From the NCBI GenBank assembly GCA_964426115.1, contig CAYRPP010000001.1, positions 1 through 25,748 of the forward strand: a stretch of DNA of 25,748 bases, written 5' to 3'. This document shows positions 1-9,329 of this stretch, in pieces. This DNA is from an uncultured Lentisphaerales bacterium. Lineage in GTDB: Bacteria > Verrucomicrobiota > Kiritimatiellia > RFP12 > JAAYLN01. Numbering within the stretch: the first letter of the stretch is position 1; each line of letters starts with the position of its first letter. Position numbers and translations under genes: made by a program. The notes under the pieces were generated by a model that did no database searches, was not told the DNA's origin, and saw only the letters and a program-made list of their open reading frames with translations.

Positions 1-2
1 TC

Positions 3-974
3 CGCGACTGGATGGACACCTGGGTCGAGGCGTCGGCCCGCGCGGAACGGGGCAAGCCCGCCGGCGTGATCCCGGCGGCCATCCACTGGCCTGAAGGGCG
101 TGTCGGCGGGCCGGGCCCGGACTGGTGGGATCCGCAAAACCACCCAGCCGAGACGTCGTTGTATGCCTGGCCCAGCGCCATGTCGATGATGTGCGATACG
201 CTGCTGCTGACCCATTACATGACGAAGGACGCACGCTACCTGGAGCCGATCCGCGCCATGGCCGCGCTGCGGATGAAGCATCTGGACGCCTCCGGCCATG
301 CGGTGGACGCGGTGCCCGGCAGCGAGGCGTGGTGCGCCATGCGCATGGGCTTCCTGGCGGGCACGCTGGCCAAGTACCGGCGCCTGACCGGCGACACCCG
401 GTTCGACGCGGTGCTGGCGCACGATATGCCGTCGGCCCTGATGGGGTTCGGCGGCGCGAACCGCGCGCCACTGGTGGCGGCGCTGCGCAACACGGCCGAG
501 GCCCTGCGGGTGAACTTCGAGGGCTACACGCGGGAAGTGCGATACACCGACCGCGTGCTGAAGTTTCCGGAGCTCTTCCGGATGAAGGGCATGAACAACG
601 CCGCTGGAATCAAGGCGCCGGACACCGTCCTGCTGTACAGCACGGCGACTGGCGATCCGGGCGACATGGGCTATTTTCCGTTGAACCGCGTGCGCTGGCT
701 CACTCCGCCGCGCGACCTGGCGGCACTGGTGACGAGGGGCGCGCCGGACAGTTTCGAGGCCGAGCTTTACCACTTCGGGGCGGCTCCGCGGCCAATGGCC
801 GCGGAACTCTACGGGCTCGGTCCCGGCGACTATCGTCTGACGGTGTCGCAGGCCGGCATGCCGCCGGAGCCGGCCACTCCGGTCGTCGTAGAAGGAACCA
901 GAATACGAGTCGCCTTTCGTCTTCCGCCGCGGCGCCTGTGCGCCGTGCGGCTGGAACGGGACGGGGCGCGCTAG
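3..974 (+). CDS. 5'-truncated hypothetical protein; probable C-terminal part of an (alpha/alpha)-toroid glycoside-hydrolase-like protein with a C-terminal beta-sandwich
   Basis: Frame is open from the window start (CGC GAC TGG ATG...), so the ATG at 12 is probably internal. GC3-rich codons. Helical segment LLLTHYMTKDARYL resembles toroid repeats, and the beta-rich tail (FEAELYHFG...GDYRLTV...CAVRLE) follows it. Stop TAG at 972-974 overlaps the next gene's RBS. Confidence 0.6.
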   Translation, partial: RDWMDTWVEASARAERGKPAGVIPAAIHWPEGRVGGPGPDWWDPQNHPAETSLYAWPSAMSMMCDTLLLTHYMTKDARYLEPIRAMAALRMKHLDASGHAVDAVPGSEAWCAMRMGFLAGTLAKYRRLTGDTRFDAVLAHDMPSALMGFGGANRAPLVAALRNTAEALRVNFEGYTREVRYTDRVLKFPELFRMKGMNNAAGIKAPDTVLLYSTATGDPGDMGYFPLNRVRWLTPPRDLAALVTRGAPDSFEAELYHFGAAPRPMAAELYGLGPGDYRLTVSQAGMPPEPATPVVVEGTRIRVAFRLPPRRLCAVRLERDGAR

Positions 975-986
975 GAGAGACCGCAC

Positions 987-3503
987 ATGACCAACATTAA
1001 TCATTCAAGCGTTCACCGCCGGCTGTTTCCGTTTGTGGCGCTGCTGGCCGGCCTGCTGGCCGGCCGCGCCGAGACCGTCGTAATCCAGCCGGAAAAGAGC
1101 GTGATCGTCATTCCCGGCCGGACTAACCGGCTCGTGGTCGTGGACATGGCGCGGGCCGCGGCGGAGGAGTTGCGGCAGCATATCGAGCTGATCACGGGAA
1201 CCAGGATCGAGATCGTGCAGGACCGCGGCCCGGTCACCGACCGCTTCCCGTTCTATGTCGGGGTTCCGCTGCCGGGTGACGAGAAGCCCATGGCGCCCGA
1301 GGAGGCGCGCTGGGTCGTCACCCCGCAGGCCGTCTACATGTACGGCGACACCGAAGCCGCCAAAACCGGCTTCCATCCTGCGGTCTACGGTTTCCTAGAG
1401 GATGCTCTGGGGGTGCGGTGGATCGAGCCGGGCGAGAGAGGTCTGGTCTATCGTCCGCAGTCGCCACTTAAGCTGGAGTCCGGCGCGAGTTCCTGGGCGC
1501 CGAAGCTGGGGCTGCGGGGGGTGCGGATGGGGCTGCGCGAGGCCGAAGCCAGGTCGAACAACGTGCTCAAGCCGCTGGGCAGTCCCGAATTCGACCCGGA
1601 GAATCCGGCGATGGAGGAACCGGATGACGCCATGGTCTCGCTCAAGGACATGGATTCACTGATGTTTCCTAAGGAGGAGAAGCCCCGTCTCTCCCCCGAG
1701 GCGCAGCGCTACAACCAGTATATCGACGAGGCGTTTACGTGGTTGCGGCGCATGCGTATGGGGCGCCACATGACCATCAACTACGGGCACGCCTTCACGC
1801 GGTGGTGGAAGTATTTTGGCGTGGATCACCCGGAATACTTCGCGATGCGCGGCAACGGCAAGCGCGAGCCGACGGATTCCAGCCTCAAGAGCAAGGAGAC
1901 CATCAAGCTGTGCCCGAGCAACCCGGGTGTGGCGGAGCGGATCATCCAGGAGTGGCTGCGCAACCCGCAGCGTTCGCACGGGATCAACGTCTGCGAGAAC
2001 GACAAGGTTGGCTTCTGCGTATGCACCAACTGCAAGGCGCTGGATGTCCCCGCCGAGATGGACACGGGAGAGTTCCCGTTCCTGACCGACCGCTACGTCG
2101 TGCTGGTGAACCGCGTCGCCCGCATGGCGCTCGAGCATGATGAGGAAGCCTATGCCGTGACTTACGCCTACAACCAGACCGAGTTTCCCCCGCGGCGTCA
2201 GAAGCTCGAACCGAACGTGATCGTGGGCGTGGTGCCCCTGACGATCGACCTCCAGAAGCTGGAGAAGATTTTCGGCGGGTGGAGCCAGATGGGCATGACC
2301 AAGGCTTTCCTGCGGCCCAACTGGCCGGTGTACTACTTCTGCACGCCGCTGCCGATGGGATTCGAGAAGCATTTCTTCGACGCCTTCCAGACGGCCTTCA
2401 AGCATGGCGTCATCGGCACGGACTACGACAGCATGCAGCATGCATGGCCGACCACCGGGTTCGCCGAATACGTCCAAGCCCGGGCCTTCTCGGATCCCGA
2501 CAAGAGCTTCGAATACTGGGAAAACCACTATTGCTCGGCCTATGGCGCGGCGGCGGAAGATGTGAAGCGCTACTACCGCTACTGGCGCGACGAGGTCTGG
2601 GAGAAGCGCGTGCGCGATTCCAATATCGTCACGTGCGACCAGCCCTGGATGTTCATGCAGCGGATCATGAGCTCGTTGGGCGAGTACTACCGGAAGGAGG
2701 ACTTCGAACAGACCGATGCCATTCTAGCCAAGGCCCTTGGACAAAATCTGTCCGACGCCGAGCGTGCGCGGCTGACCCGCCTCAGCCTGGCCAACCAGCA
2801 TGCCCGCCTGGTCTTCACCGCGGTGGTGACGCCCGAGCCCGAGAAATACCGGCATGCCCTCGACCTGCTCGCCTTCCGCGAGAAGCACCGCGACGCGCTG
2901 TTGTTCCAGTGGGACAGCCTCGCGGCCCGGGAGAGCCGCGACAACAAGACGGGACGCGCCCAGATTCCCACCGGAACCGATTTCGTCCTGAAGTTCAGGC
3001 GCTACCCGTGGCCGTGGATCGCGACCGATTCGACCTGGAAGTTCCGGATGGATCCGAAGGACCGGGGACAGCAGCAGAACTGGGCGGCCCTGCCGGCCGA
3101 CGGACTCGGGGAGTGGACGGACACGGTCATCGATCCCGACTTCGCACCGCCCAAGGGTGTCGCGCGCACACGCCCGTTCCAGGGTGTCGGCTGGTATGCA
3201 ACGCGCGTCAAGGTGCCGGCGGACTGGAAGGAACGGCAAATTTGCCTGCATTTCGAAAACATTGCCGGCGCCTGCGAGATCTATGTGAACGGCAAGCTGG
3301 TGGTTGAACAGCCGGGAGCCGCCGGCACCAGCAAGCCGAAGACCTTCGCGGCGCGCATCGATCCGTTCGTGGATTGGAAGCAGGCGGACCAGGGCATCTT
3401 CGTCAGGATCTGGAACGAGGCCGGTGCCGACGGCATTAACCGGAAAGTGTGGCTCCTGTCGGAAGAACAGGACGCGGCGCAGGCCAAGCCCGCCAGCCCC
3501 TGA
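987..3503 (+). CDS. Secreted DUF4838-family protein with GH67/GH20-like N-terminal domain and C-terminal GH2-type sugar-binding (galactose-binding-like) domain
   Basis: RBS GGAGA upstream; signal peptide (RRLFPFVALLAGLLAGRA). DUF4838-like motifs AAEELRQHIELITG, GVRWIEPG, YGHAF, HPEYFA, LCPSNP, ENDKVGFCVCTNC, YAY. C-terminal WKFRMDP...GVGWYATRVKVP..W....LHFENIAGACEIYVNGKLV is the GH2 sugar-binding pattern. Confidence 0.8.
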   Translation: MTNINHSSVHRRLFPFVALLAGLLAGRAETVVIQPEKSVIVIPGRTNRLVVVDMARAAAEELRQHIELITGTRIEIVQDRGPVTDRFPFYVGVPLPGDEKPMAPEEARWVVTPQAVYMYGDTEAAKTGFHPAVYGFLEDALGVRWIEPGERGLVYRPQSPLKLESGASSWAPKLGLRGVRMGLREAEARSNNVLKPLGSPEFDPENPAMEEPDDAMVSLKDMDSLMFPKEEKPRLSPEAQRYNQYIDEAFTWLRRMRMGRHMTINYGHAFTRWWKYFGVDHPEYFAMRGNGKREPTDSSLKSKETIKLCPSNPGVAERIIQEWLRNPQRSHGINVCENDKVGFCVCTNCKALDVPAEMDTGEFPFLTDRYVVLVNRVARMALEHDEEAYAVTYAYNQTEFPPRRQKLEPNVIVGVVPLTIDLQKLEKIFGGWSQMGMTKAFLRPNWPVYYFCTPLPMGFEKHFFDAFQTAFKHGVIGTDYDSMQHAWPTTGFAEYVQARAFSDPDKSFEYWENHYCSAYGAAAEDVKRYYRYWRDEVWEKRVRDSNIVTCDQPWMFMQRIMSSLGEYYRKEDFEQTDAILAKALGQNLSDAERARLTRLSLANQHARLVFTAVVTPEPEKYRHALDLLAFREKHRDALLFQWDSLAARESRDNKTGRAQIPTGTDFVLKFRRYPWPWIATDSTWKFRMDPKDRGQQQNWAALPADGLGEWTDTVIDPDFAPPKGVARTRPFQGVGWYATRVKVPADWKERQICLHFENIAGACEIYVNGKLVVEQPGAAGTSKPKTFAARIDPFVDWKQADQGIFVRIWNEAGADGINRKVWLLSEEQDAAQAKPASP

Positions 3504-3703
3504 CGACCTTATGAACCGCCCGTCCGGATTCGGCGGCGCGATGCAGAATCAGTCTGGTCACACGCGGCACGGAGTGCATATCATGGTAACCGGTATCTGC
3601 CCGCTGTCGCGCTACAGCGCCGTTGCTTTGCGGTTCGTGATGCGCAAGCGAAGCGCAACAGGCCGCAGGATGGCCTTGCGGGCTCTCAAATACTTACAAA
3701 CAC

Positions 3704-3731
3704 TTGCACAAGGTGCGGCATCTGCTATGTT
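3704..3731 (+). promoter_or_regulatory. Putative sigma70 promoter with extended -10
   Basis: TTGCAC (3704-3709), 16 nt, then TATGTT (3726-3731) preceded by TGc. Lies in an AT-rich patch about 40 nt upstream of the AAGGAG RBS and ATG 3772. Confidence 0.55.
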
Positions 3732-3771
3732 ACGTGCCATACGGCATCGTTCAACCAAGGAGAATGACGCG

Positions 3772-4491
3772 ATGAAGACCGGAACAGGCAGGATCATGTT
3801 CAAGACGATGGTGGCTGGCGTCGTCATCGGCGCGGCATGCGGCGGCGCGGCATTCGCCGCGGCGGCCGACGACAAGCCGGCCGCCAAGGTGCCGCCCGCG
3901 GCCGGGCTCCCGGGAGTGCTGCTGCTGGGCGACTCGATCTGTGGCGGGTATGGCCCGATGGTGCAGAAGGCGTTGCAGGGCGAGGCGGACGTCATGTACA
4001 TCAGCCATTGCGCCGACACCGCCAACGGCCTCAAGAACCTTGATGCCTGGCTGGGCGACCGCAAATGGCGCGTCATACACTTCAACTTCGGCCTCCACGA
4101 CATGAAGTATGTGGACGCGAAGGGCGAGCGCACCTCTCCGGACAAGGGCACACAGTTGATTCCGCCCGAGGACTACGAGAAGAACCTGACGGAGCTCTTG
4201 GCGCGGCTGAAGCGCACTGGCGCTGCGCTGGTCTGGGGCACCATCACACCGGTTCCGGCCGGCGCTAACGGCCGCGTTCAGGGTGACGAAGTCAAGTACA
4301 ATGCAATAGCCAAACGTATCATGGAGGCCAACGGCATCGCGGTCAATGACCTCTGCGGCGCCCTGGGAGCCGGCCCCGCGTTGGAGGATCTGCGGCGCGA
4401 GAGCAACAACGTCCACTTCAAGCCCAAGGGCTACAAGGTGCTGGCAGATGCCGTGTCCGGTAGCATCCGGACGGCCCTGAAGCAGCCTTGA
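3772..4491 (+). CDS. Secreted SGNH/GDSL-family hydrolase (probable carbohydrate O-acetylesterase)
   Basis: RBS AAGGAG at 3757-3762 supports ATG 3772 rather than the ORF-track start at 3304. Signal peptide. Blocks VLLLGDSI, IHFNFGLHD, LVWGTITPVP and NNVHF..KGY. Confidence 0.88.
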   Translation: MKTGTGRIMFKTMVAGVVIGAACGGAAFAAAADDKPAAKVPPAAGLPGVLLLGDSICGGYGPMVQKALQGEADVMYISHCADTANGLKNLDAWLGDRKWRVIHFNFGLHDMKYVDAKGERTSPDKGTQLIPPEDYEKNLTELLARLKRTGAALVWGTITPVPAGANGRVQGDEVKYNAIAKRIMEANGIAVNDLCGALGAGPALEDLRRESNNVHFKPKGYKVLADAVSGSIRTALKQP

Positions 4492-4502
4492 GGGAACACG
4501 GC

Positions 4503-5678
4503 ATGGATCGCGGAGTGCTGAAGGAGCGGCTGGCGCTGGCGTGCGGGTGGCTCACGGAGGTGGCGCAGGTAGGGAGCGAGGAGCGGCTGCCTAACGAGAC
4601 GCGGCGGCACCACCACGCCTCGTGGGCCGGCGCCATTCGGGGCGAATACCGCGCCGCGACCCGCGAGTGGGGCTTTTTTGGGCCGGTCTGGCACACGGGC
4701 CAGGCCGTCAAGGCGCTGGCCATGGCCGCTCCCGTGCTGGGGCCCTCCGTGCTCGCGGGGGCGCGGGCCGGAGCCGATTTCATCCTGAACGCCGTCGTGC
4801 GCGAGGGGCCGGACCGCGGCATGATCCTGTCGTACGAGGACGACGTCGACAAGGCCTCTTCCTCCTGCGCCCTGGAGTGCCTGGACGGGTTGCTGCACCT
4901 TTACGCGGCCACGGGGGAGACGCGCTACCGCGATGCCGCGCTGGAGGCGCTGGCCTGGCTGGGAGAACATGCCTACATGCCGGGCACCGGTCTCTTCCGC
5001 GACTGCTACGATCCGGCGGCGCGGGCCTTCGTGCCGCAGCGCCACGGTGTCGAGGGGCGTCCGCTGCTCGACGACGCCATCTTCCTCAAGGGCTATCTCC
5101 TCAACCACGACCGGCGGCTGCTGCAGATCGCCGAGGAGACGGCGCAACGACTGCTGCGCGACGAGCGCCCGTCCGGCATCTGGATCGACTATCCTCCCTG
5201 CGACCGCGCGCGCGGCGCCATCCATCCCCGGCATGCGTACTGGTGGGGATACCCGATGCTCGACCTGTACCGCCACACCGGCGACAGCCGCTACCGCGAC
5301 GCCTTCGGGCGCAGCGTGCGGTGGTATGCCGGCGCCATGCGGCGTGACGGCGGCATCATCCGCGACACCTACCTGGACTTCAACACGGACTCCTTCGGCC
5401 ACGCCACCTCGGGCGTCGGCTGCGCCGTCTGCATGTTCATCGACCACCAGGCCATCGAAGGCGGCGCGGAGATGCCGCCGCTGATCGAGACCGGCCTGCG
5501 CTATTGCCTGCGCATGCAGTTCACGAAGCCGGCCGACCCAAACCTGAAGGGCGCCATCCTGGAGAAGGTGCTGCGTCCGAACGGGACGGACGACAGCCCA
5601 TACCATCTGCGCGACCTGGGGACGATCTTCTTCATCCAGGCCGCCTGCCGGTACCTGGCACAGGAATTGCCCAAGTGA
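4503..5678 (+). CDS. Cytoplasmic six-hairpin glycosidase-like ((alpha/alpha)6 toroid) protein; specific family unresolved
   Basis: RBS GAGG at 4490-4493, ATG 4503. Repeated toroid-type helices (LLHLYAATGETRYRDAA, LDLYRHTGDSRYRDAF, YLLNHDRRLLQIA). No signal peptide. Confidence 0.65.
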   Translation: MDRGVLKERLALACGWLTEVAQVGSEERLPNETRRHHHASWAGAIRGEYRAATREWGFFGPVWHTGQAVKALAMAAPVLGPSVLAGARAGADFILNAVVREGPDRGMILSYEDDVDKASSSCALECLDGLLHLYAATGETRYRDAALEALAWLGEHAYMPGTGLFRDCYDPAARAFVPQRHGVEGRPLLDDAIFLKGYLLNHDRRLLQIAEETAQRLLRDERPSGIWIDYPPCDRARGAIHPRHAYWWGYPMLDLYRHTGDSRYRDAFGRSVRWYAGAMRRDGGIIRDTYLDFNTDSFGHATSGVGCAVCMFIDHQAIEGGAEMPPLIETGLRYCLRMQFTKPADPNLKGAILEKVLRPNGTDDSPYHLRDLGTIFFIQAACRYLAQELPK

Positions 5679-5731
5679 GGCAAGACGGGCTGCGCGGCAG
5701 CCCGGCGACGGACAGACACAAGGGAGAACGA

Positions 5732-7114
5732 GTGAAAATCACGATCATCGGCGGCGGCTCGTACTGCTGGACGCCCACCCTGTTCCGCGACATCGTCTGC
5801 ACCGAGGGCATGGAGGGCAGCGAGATCGTACTGCATGACATCAACAGCCGCAACCTCGTGGATCTGCACGCTTGCTGCCAGGCGATCCTGGGACAACTGG
5901 GACAGACCGGACGCTTCAAGGTCGGCGCGACGACGAACCTCGCCGGCGCCCTGCGCCGCGCGGACTGTGTGATCCTGACGATCACCACCGGCGGCCTGGA
6001 CGCCATGGAGCACGACCTGGAGATCCCGTACACCTACGGCATCTGGCAGCCCGTCGGCGACACCGTGGGCCCCGGCGGCATCTCCCGCGCGCTGCGAAAC
6101 GTCCCGGTGGTGGTCGACATCGCGCGCGAGATGGAGCGGCAGTGCCCCCGCGCCTGGCTGCTGAATATCTCCAACCCCATGTCCGCGATCACCCGCGGTG
6201 TGTGGCGCGAGACGGGCATCCGCTGCATCGGCCTGTGCCACGAGCTCTACGGCACGCTGGCGCAGCTCCAGAAGATCCTGGGCGCCAAGGACTGGCGCAC
6301 GGACTTCGACTGCGTGAGCGTGGGCGTAAACCACCTGCCCTGGATCATCCGCCTCTCCTACCAGGGACGCGACGCGTTCCCCGCCGTGCGCCGCGCCCTG
6401 GCCAAGAACCGGGTACCCGCGTCGGGCAAGGAGCCGGGCACGGTGCTTGATCGGACGCTCATGGGGAGCAACGACGTCAAGTTCGCGCTCTTCGAGGCCT
6501 TCGGCGCCCTGCCGGCGGCGGGCGACCGGCATCTCGTCGAGTTCTTCCCCTACTTCTGCACCGCCCGCATGCGCAAGGGCGCCGCCATGGGCGTTGAGCT
6601 CACCCGCATCGGGCAGCGGCGCGACGTGTGGATGCCGGCCTGGAAGCAGAAGGTGGCGGACATCACCAGCGGCAAGGCGCCGGTCAAGTCCGTGGTCTCC
6701 AAGGAGGCAACCTCGCGCGTCGTGGCGGCGCTCGGCGGCCTCCGCGAATGGAGAGACGTCGTCAACATCCCTAACGCCGGACAGGTGCCCGGCATCCCGA
6801 AGGACGTCATCGTCGAGACCATGGGACTCATCGTCCGCGACCATGTGTACGGGCTGCCCGTCGGCGAGATGATACCGCCTGGCATCCTCACCCAGATCGC
6901 GCGCCACGCGACGAACCAGGAGATGACCGTCGAGGCCGCGCTGACCGGCGACCGCTCGCTCGTGCTGCAGGCCATGCTCAACGACCCGCTTTGCGGCGCG
7001 ATCGGCGATTTCCGCCGCATGGAACGGATGATGGACGAGCTGCTGCAGGCCAACCGCCAGTGGCTGCCGCGCTTTTTCGCGCGGCGTAGGCGCGCGGCCG
7101 GCGGCCGCCGTTAG
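5732..7114 (+). CDS. Glycoside hydrolase family 4 (NAD+/Mn2+-dependent; alpha-galactosidase/alpha-glucosidase-like)
   Basis: GTG 5732 after GGGAG. Rossmann KITIIGGGS, GH4 signature DLEIPYTYGIWQPVGDTVGPGG, NISNP, metal-binding GLCHE, GVNHLPW, LQAMLNDPL. Confidence 0.92.
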   Translation: MKITIIGGGSYCWTPTLFRDIVCTEGMEGSEIVLHDINSRNLVDLHACCQAILGQLGQTGRFKVGATTNLAGALRRADCVILTITTGGLDAMEHDLEIPYTYGIWQPVGDTVGPGGISRALRNVPVVVDIAREMERQCPRAWLLNISNPMSAITRGVWRETGIRCIGLCHELYGTLAQLQKILGAKDWRTDFDCVSVGVNHLPWIIRLSYQGRDAFPAVRRALAKNRVPASGKEPGTVLDRTLMGSNDVKFALFEAFGALPAAGDRHLVEFFPYFCTARMRKGAAMGVELTRIGQRRDVWMPAWKQKVADITSGKAPVKSVVSKEATSRVVAALGGLREWRDVVNIPNAGQVPGIPKDVIVETMGLIVRDHVYGLPVGEMIPPGILTQIARHATNQEMTVEAALTGDRSLVLQAMLNDPLCGAIGDFRRMERMMDELLQANRQWLPRFFARRRRAAGGRR

Positions 7115-7136
7115 CCTTTCGCAAGGCCGCGCCACC

Positions 7137-9329
7137 ATGCTTATAAGGAACCGAGACAAGGAAGCTGGGAAGAAGGGCTCCGGGCGCGGCTGGGCGCGCG
7201 CGGCGGCCCTGCTGTGCGGCTTCGGCGGCATTCCTCTGATCGGCTTGTACGTCCACTGGTTCCCGACCGTCGCCATGGGGAACGGCGCCTTGCAGGTTGT
7301 GTTGATGAACGCCCTGGCGCCGGTAGTTTTCTTCCTCATGCTCGTGCTGGTCGGCATCGTCAACCCGCTGCTGCACCGCTTCCTGCGGCCGATGGCCATG
7401 GCACGCGGCGAGCTTCTGCTCGTCTTCACGCTCTGGTTCATGGGCAGCGCCGTCTGCTACCGCTGCCTGACGATGCCCGCCATGGCAGCCATCGGCAGTC
7501 TCCAGAGCCCCGCCACCGACACGCCGGCGCTGCGGCGCACCGGGCTTAAGAACTACCTGAAGTCCGCCTTCCACCTCCCGGCCGCCGCAGCCAAGGACTA
7601 CTTCTACGGCCTCGCGCCCGGCGGCGAAACGCGCGTCCGCCTGCTGCCGCGTTCCGCCGCGGCACCCGCGGCCACGCCTGCGGCAGCTCCCGCGGAAGCA
7701 TCCAACGCCGCGCCCGCCGCCGCAGCCCAGGCGGAGGCTCCCGTGCCCGCCATCCCCTGGCACGCCTGGGCCAAACCGCTGGCCTTCTGGGTGCCGTTCA
7801 TGCTCGTGGTCGCCGCCTTCTCCGCCTCGCTCGTGCGGATGCTCCAGCGGCAGTGGTCGCAGCACGAGCTGCTGACATATCCGCTGGCCGCGGTGGGCGA
7901 GTCGCTCATCGGTCGCGAGCCCGGCCGGGCATTTCCCGCCGTGTTCTACCAGGGACTCTTCTGGATCGGCTTCGCCCTGCCGGTCTTCATCGACGTGATC
8001 AACGGCCTGCGGGCCTACTTCCCGCTGATGATAGAGATCCCGATGGCCTTCAACCACCAGTCGCTGATCGGCAAGTTCCCCTTCCTGGCCAAGTACTGCG
8101 GCTTCCACGCCTACGGCCTCTTCCGCGGATTTGTCTACCTGTACATGATCGCGATCGCGGCGCTGCTGCCGACCGAGATCTCGCTCACCTGTTGGCTGGG
8201 ATGGATCCTGATGCTGCTCGGCACGGGAGCCTACTTCAAACTGACCGGCGAAGTCATCACGGAGACCGAGACCGCCAGCATGCAATATGGCATGTACGCG
8301 GCCATGGCTCTGACAATCCTTTACATTGGCCGCCGCGAGTACCTTAACGTGCTGCGCTGCGCCGTCGGGCTGCGGCGCGCGTCCGATCAGGGGCTGGCAC
8401 GGGCCGCGCGGAGCTGTCGCGTTTTCCTGCTCTCCGGCGTCATCCTGTGGTGGCTGCTGACGGTGCTGGGCCTGGACGGCTTCATCGCCGTCGTGCTGGT
8501 GGTCTCGCTCTCGGTGGTCGTGCTGCTGATCGCGCGCCTGACGGCCGAGACCGGCATCCCATGGCTGTACAACTTCATCGGCATGGCCAGCGGTCTGCCC
8601 CTGAAGCTGCTGGGTGCCGCGGCCATCGGGCCGCAGTCCCTGGCGGTCATCGCCACCGTGGGCGTGGTGCTCGACTCCAATACGACGAACACCCTCGCCG
8701 CCCAGGAGACCACCTACGGCAAGATGCGCGAGCAGACCGGCGCCTGGCCGCGCGGGCCAATCTTCAACCTGATCCTGGCGGCCGGCATCTGCCTGGCCAT
8801 CGTCAGCGGCATCGTCTTCACCTTGCGGGACAACTACACTTTCGGCGCGCAGCCCGACCAGTATGACTCGGTGATCGTCGGCCGCCTGCATGCCGCGGCC
8901 TCCGAGGTCTCGCGTCTGGAGGCCGAGGGGCGCATGGAGGAGGTGCAGGCCACGCACGGGCTCGCCAAGCTGAGACTCGTGAAGCCCGACCCCGGCCTGT
9001 TGCGCTTCCTGGGCATCGGAGCCGTGCTGGTCGCCGCGTGCGCGCTGCTGCGGCTGCGGTTCGCGGGCTGGCCGTTCCACCCGTTGCCGCTGCTCTTCAT
9101 CAACTCCTGGACGATGTCGCGGCTCTTCCTCTCAATCATGCTGGGCTGGCTGGTCAAGATGGCCATTCTGCGCATCTGGGGCGGCACGACCTTCGCGCGC
9201 GTCAAGCCGCTCTTCTTCGGCGTGGTCTTCGGCCAGGTGGCGATCCACGGCGTCTGGCTGATCGTCAACAGCATCTATTTCCTCGCGACGGGTATCACCC
9301 CGCCCAAAGTGCCTGGAGGTTTCTATTGA
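7137..9329 (+). CDS. Polytopic membrane protein, DUF6785/DUF6784-like (OPT-superfamily-like)
   Basis: Many hydrophobic helices. Motifs FYGL...IPWHAWAKPLAFW, QWSQHELLTYPL and C-terminal LRLRFAGWPFHP...GWLVKMAILRIWG. Start codon is uncertain because the RBS is weak. Confidence 0.75.
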   Translation: MLIRNRDKEAGKKGSGRGWARAAALLCGFGGIPLIGLYVHWFPTVAMGNGALQVVLMNALAPVVFFLMLVLVGIVNPLLHRFLRPMAMARGELLLVFTLWFMGSAVCYRCLTMPAMAAIGSLQSPATDTPALRRTGLKNYLKSAFHLPAAAAKDYFYGLAPGGETRVRLLPRSAAAPAATPAAAPAEASNAAPAAAAQAEAPVPAIPWHAWAKPLAFWVPFMLVVAAFSASLVRMLQRQWSQHELLTYPLAAVGESLIGREPGRAFPAVFYQGLFWIGFALPVFIDVINGLRAYFPLMIEIPMAFNHQSLIGKFPFLAKYCGFHAYGLFRGFVYLYMIAIAALLPTEISLTCWLGWILMLLGTGAYFKLTGEVITETETASMQYGMYAAMALTILYIGRREYLNVLRCAVGLRRASDQGLARAARSCRVFLLSGVILWWLLTVLGLDGFIAVVLVVSLSVVVLLIARLTAETGIPWLYNFIGMASGLPLKLLGAAAIGPQSLAVIATVGVVLDSNTTNTLAAQETTYGKMREQTGAWPRGPIFNLILAAGICLAIVSGIVFTLRDNYTFGAQPDQYDSVIVGRLHAAASEVSRLEAEGRMEEVQATHGLAKLRLVKPDPGLLRFLGIGAVLVAACALLRLRFAGWPFHPLPLLFINSWTMSRLFLSIMLGWLVKMAILRIWGGTTFARVKPLFFGVVFGQVAIHGVWLIVNSIYFLATGITPPKVPGGFY

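Noticed and set aside
3516-3536. CCGCC...GGCGG hairpin after the DUF4838 gene as an intrinsic terminator
   Set aside because: Only a 5-bp stem with an 11-nt loop and no U-tract.
3586-3597. GTAACCGGTATC as a LacI-family operator
   Set aside because: Imperfect palindrome, about 105 bp from the promoter, with no second copy and no LacI gene in the window.
3603-3676. Several short inverted repeats (GCTGT/ACAGC, GTTGC/GCAAC, TTGCG/CGCAA) as a riboswitch or ncRNA
   Set aside because: The stems are short, I recognise no known RNA family motif, and they lie upstream of the predicted promoter.
3304-3771. ORF-track 5' extension of the SGNH gene; similar extensions at 5504, 9038, 10282, 11514, 16565, 19701 and 24576
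   Set aside because: They overlap upstream genes or promoters. Better starts with RBS or stop/start overlaps exist downstream.
4431-9080. Long minus-strand ORFs (4431-5606, 5501-7441, 6978-9080) and similar shadows elsewhere (e.g. 9584-11709, 15723-17084, 24804-25739)
   Set aside because: They lie antisense to genes with clear family motifs, have low-complexity Arg/Ala/Gly/His-rich translations, and are expected in high-GC DNA.
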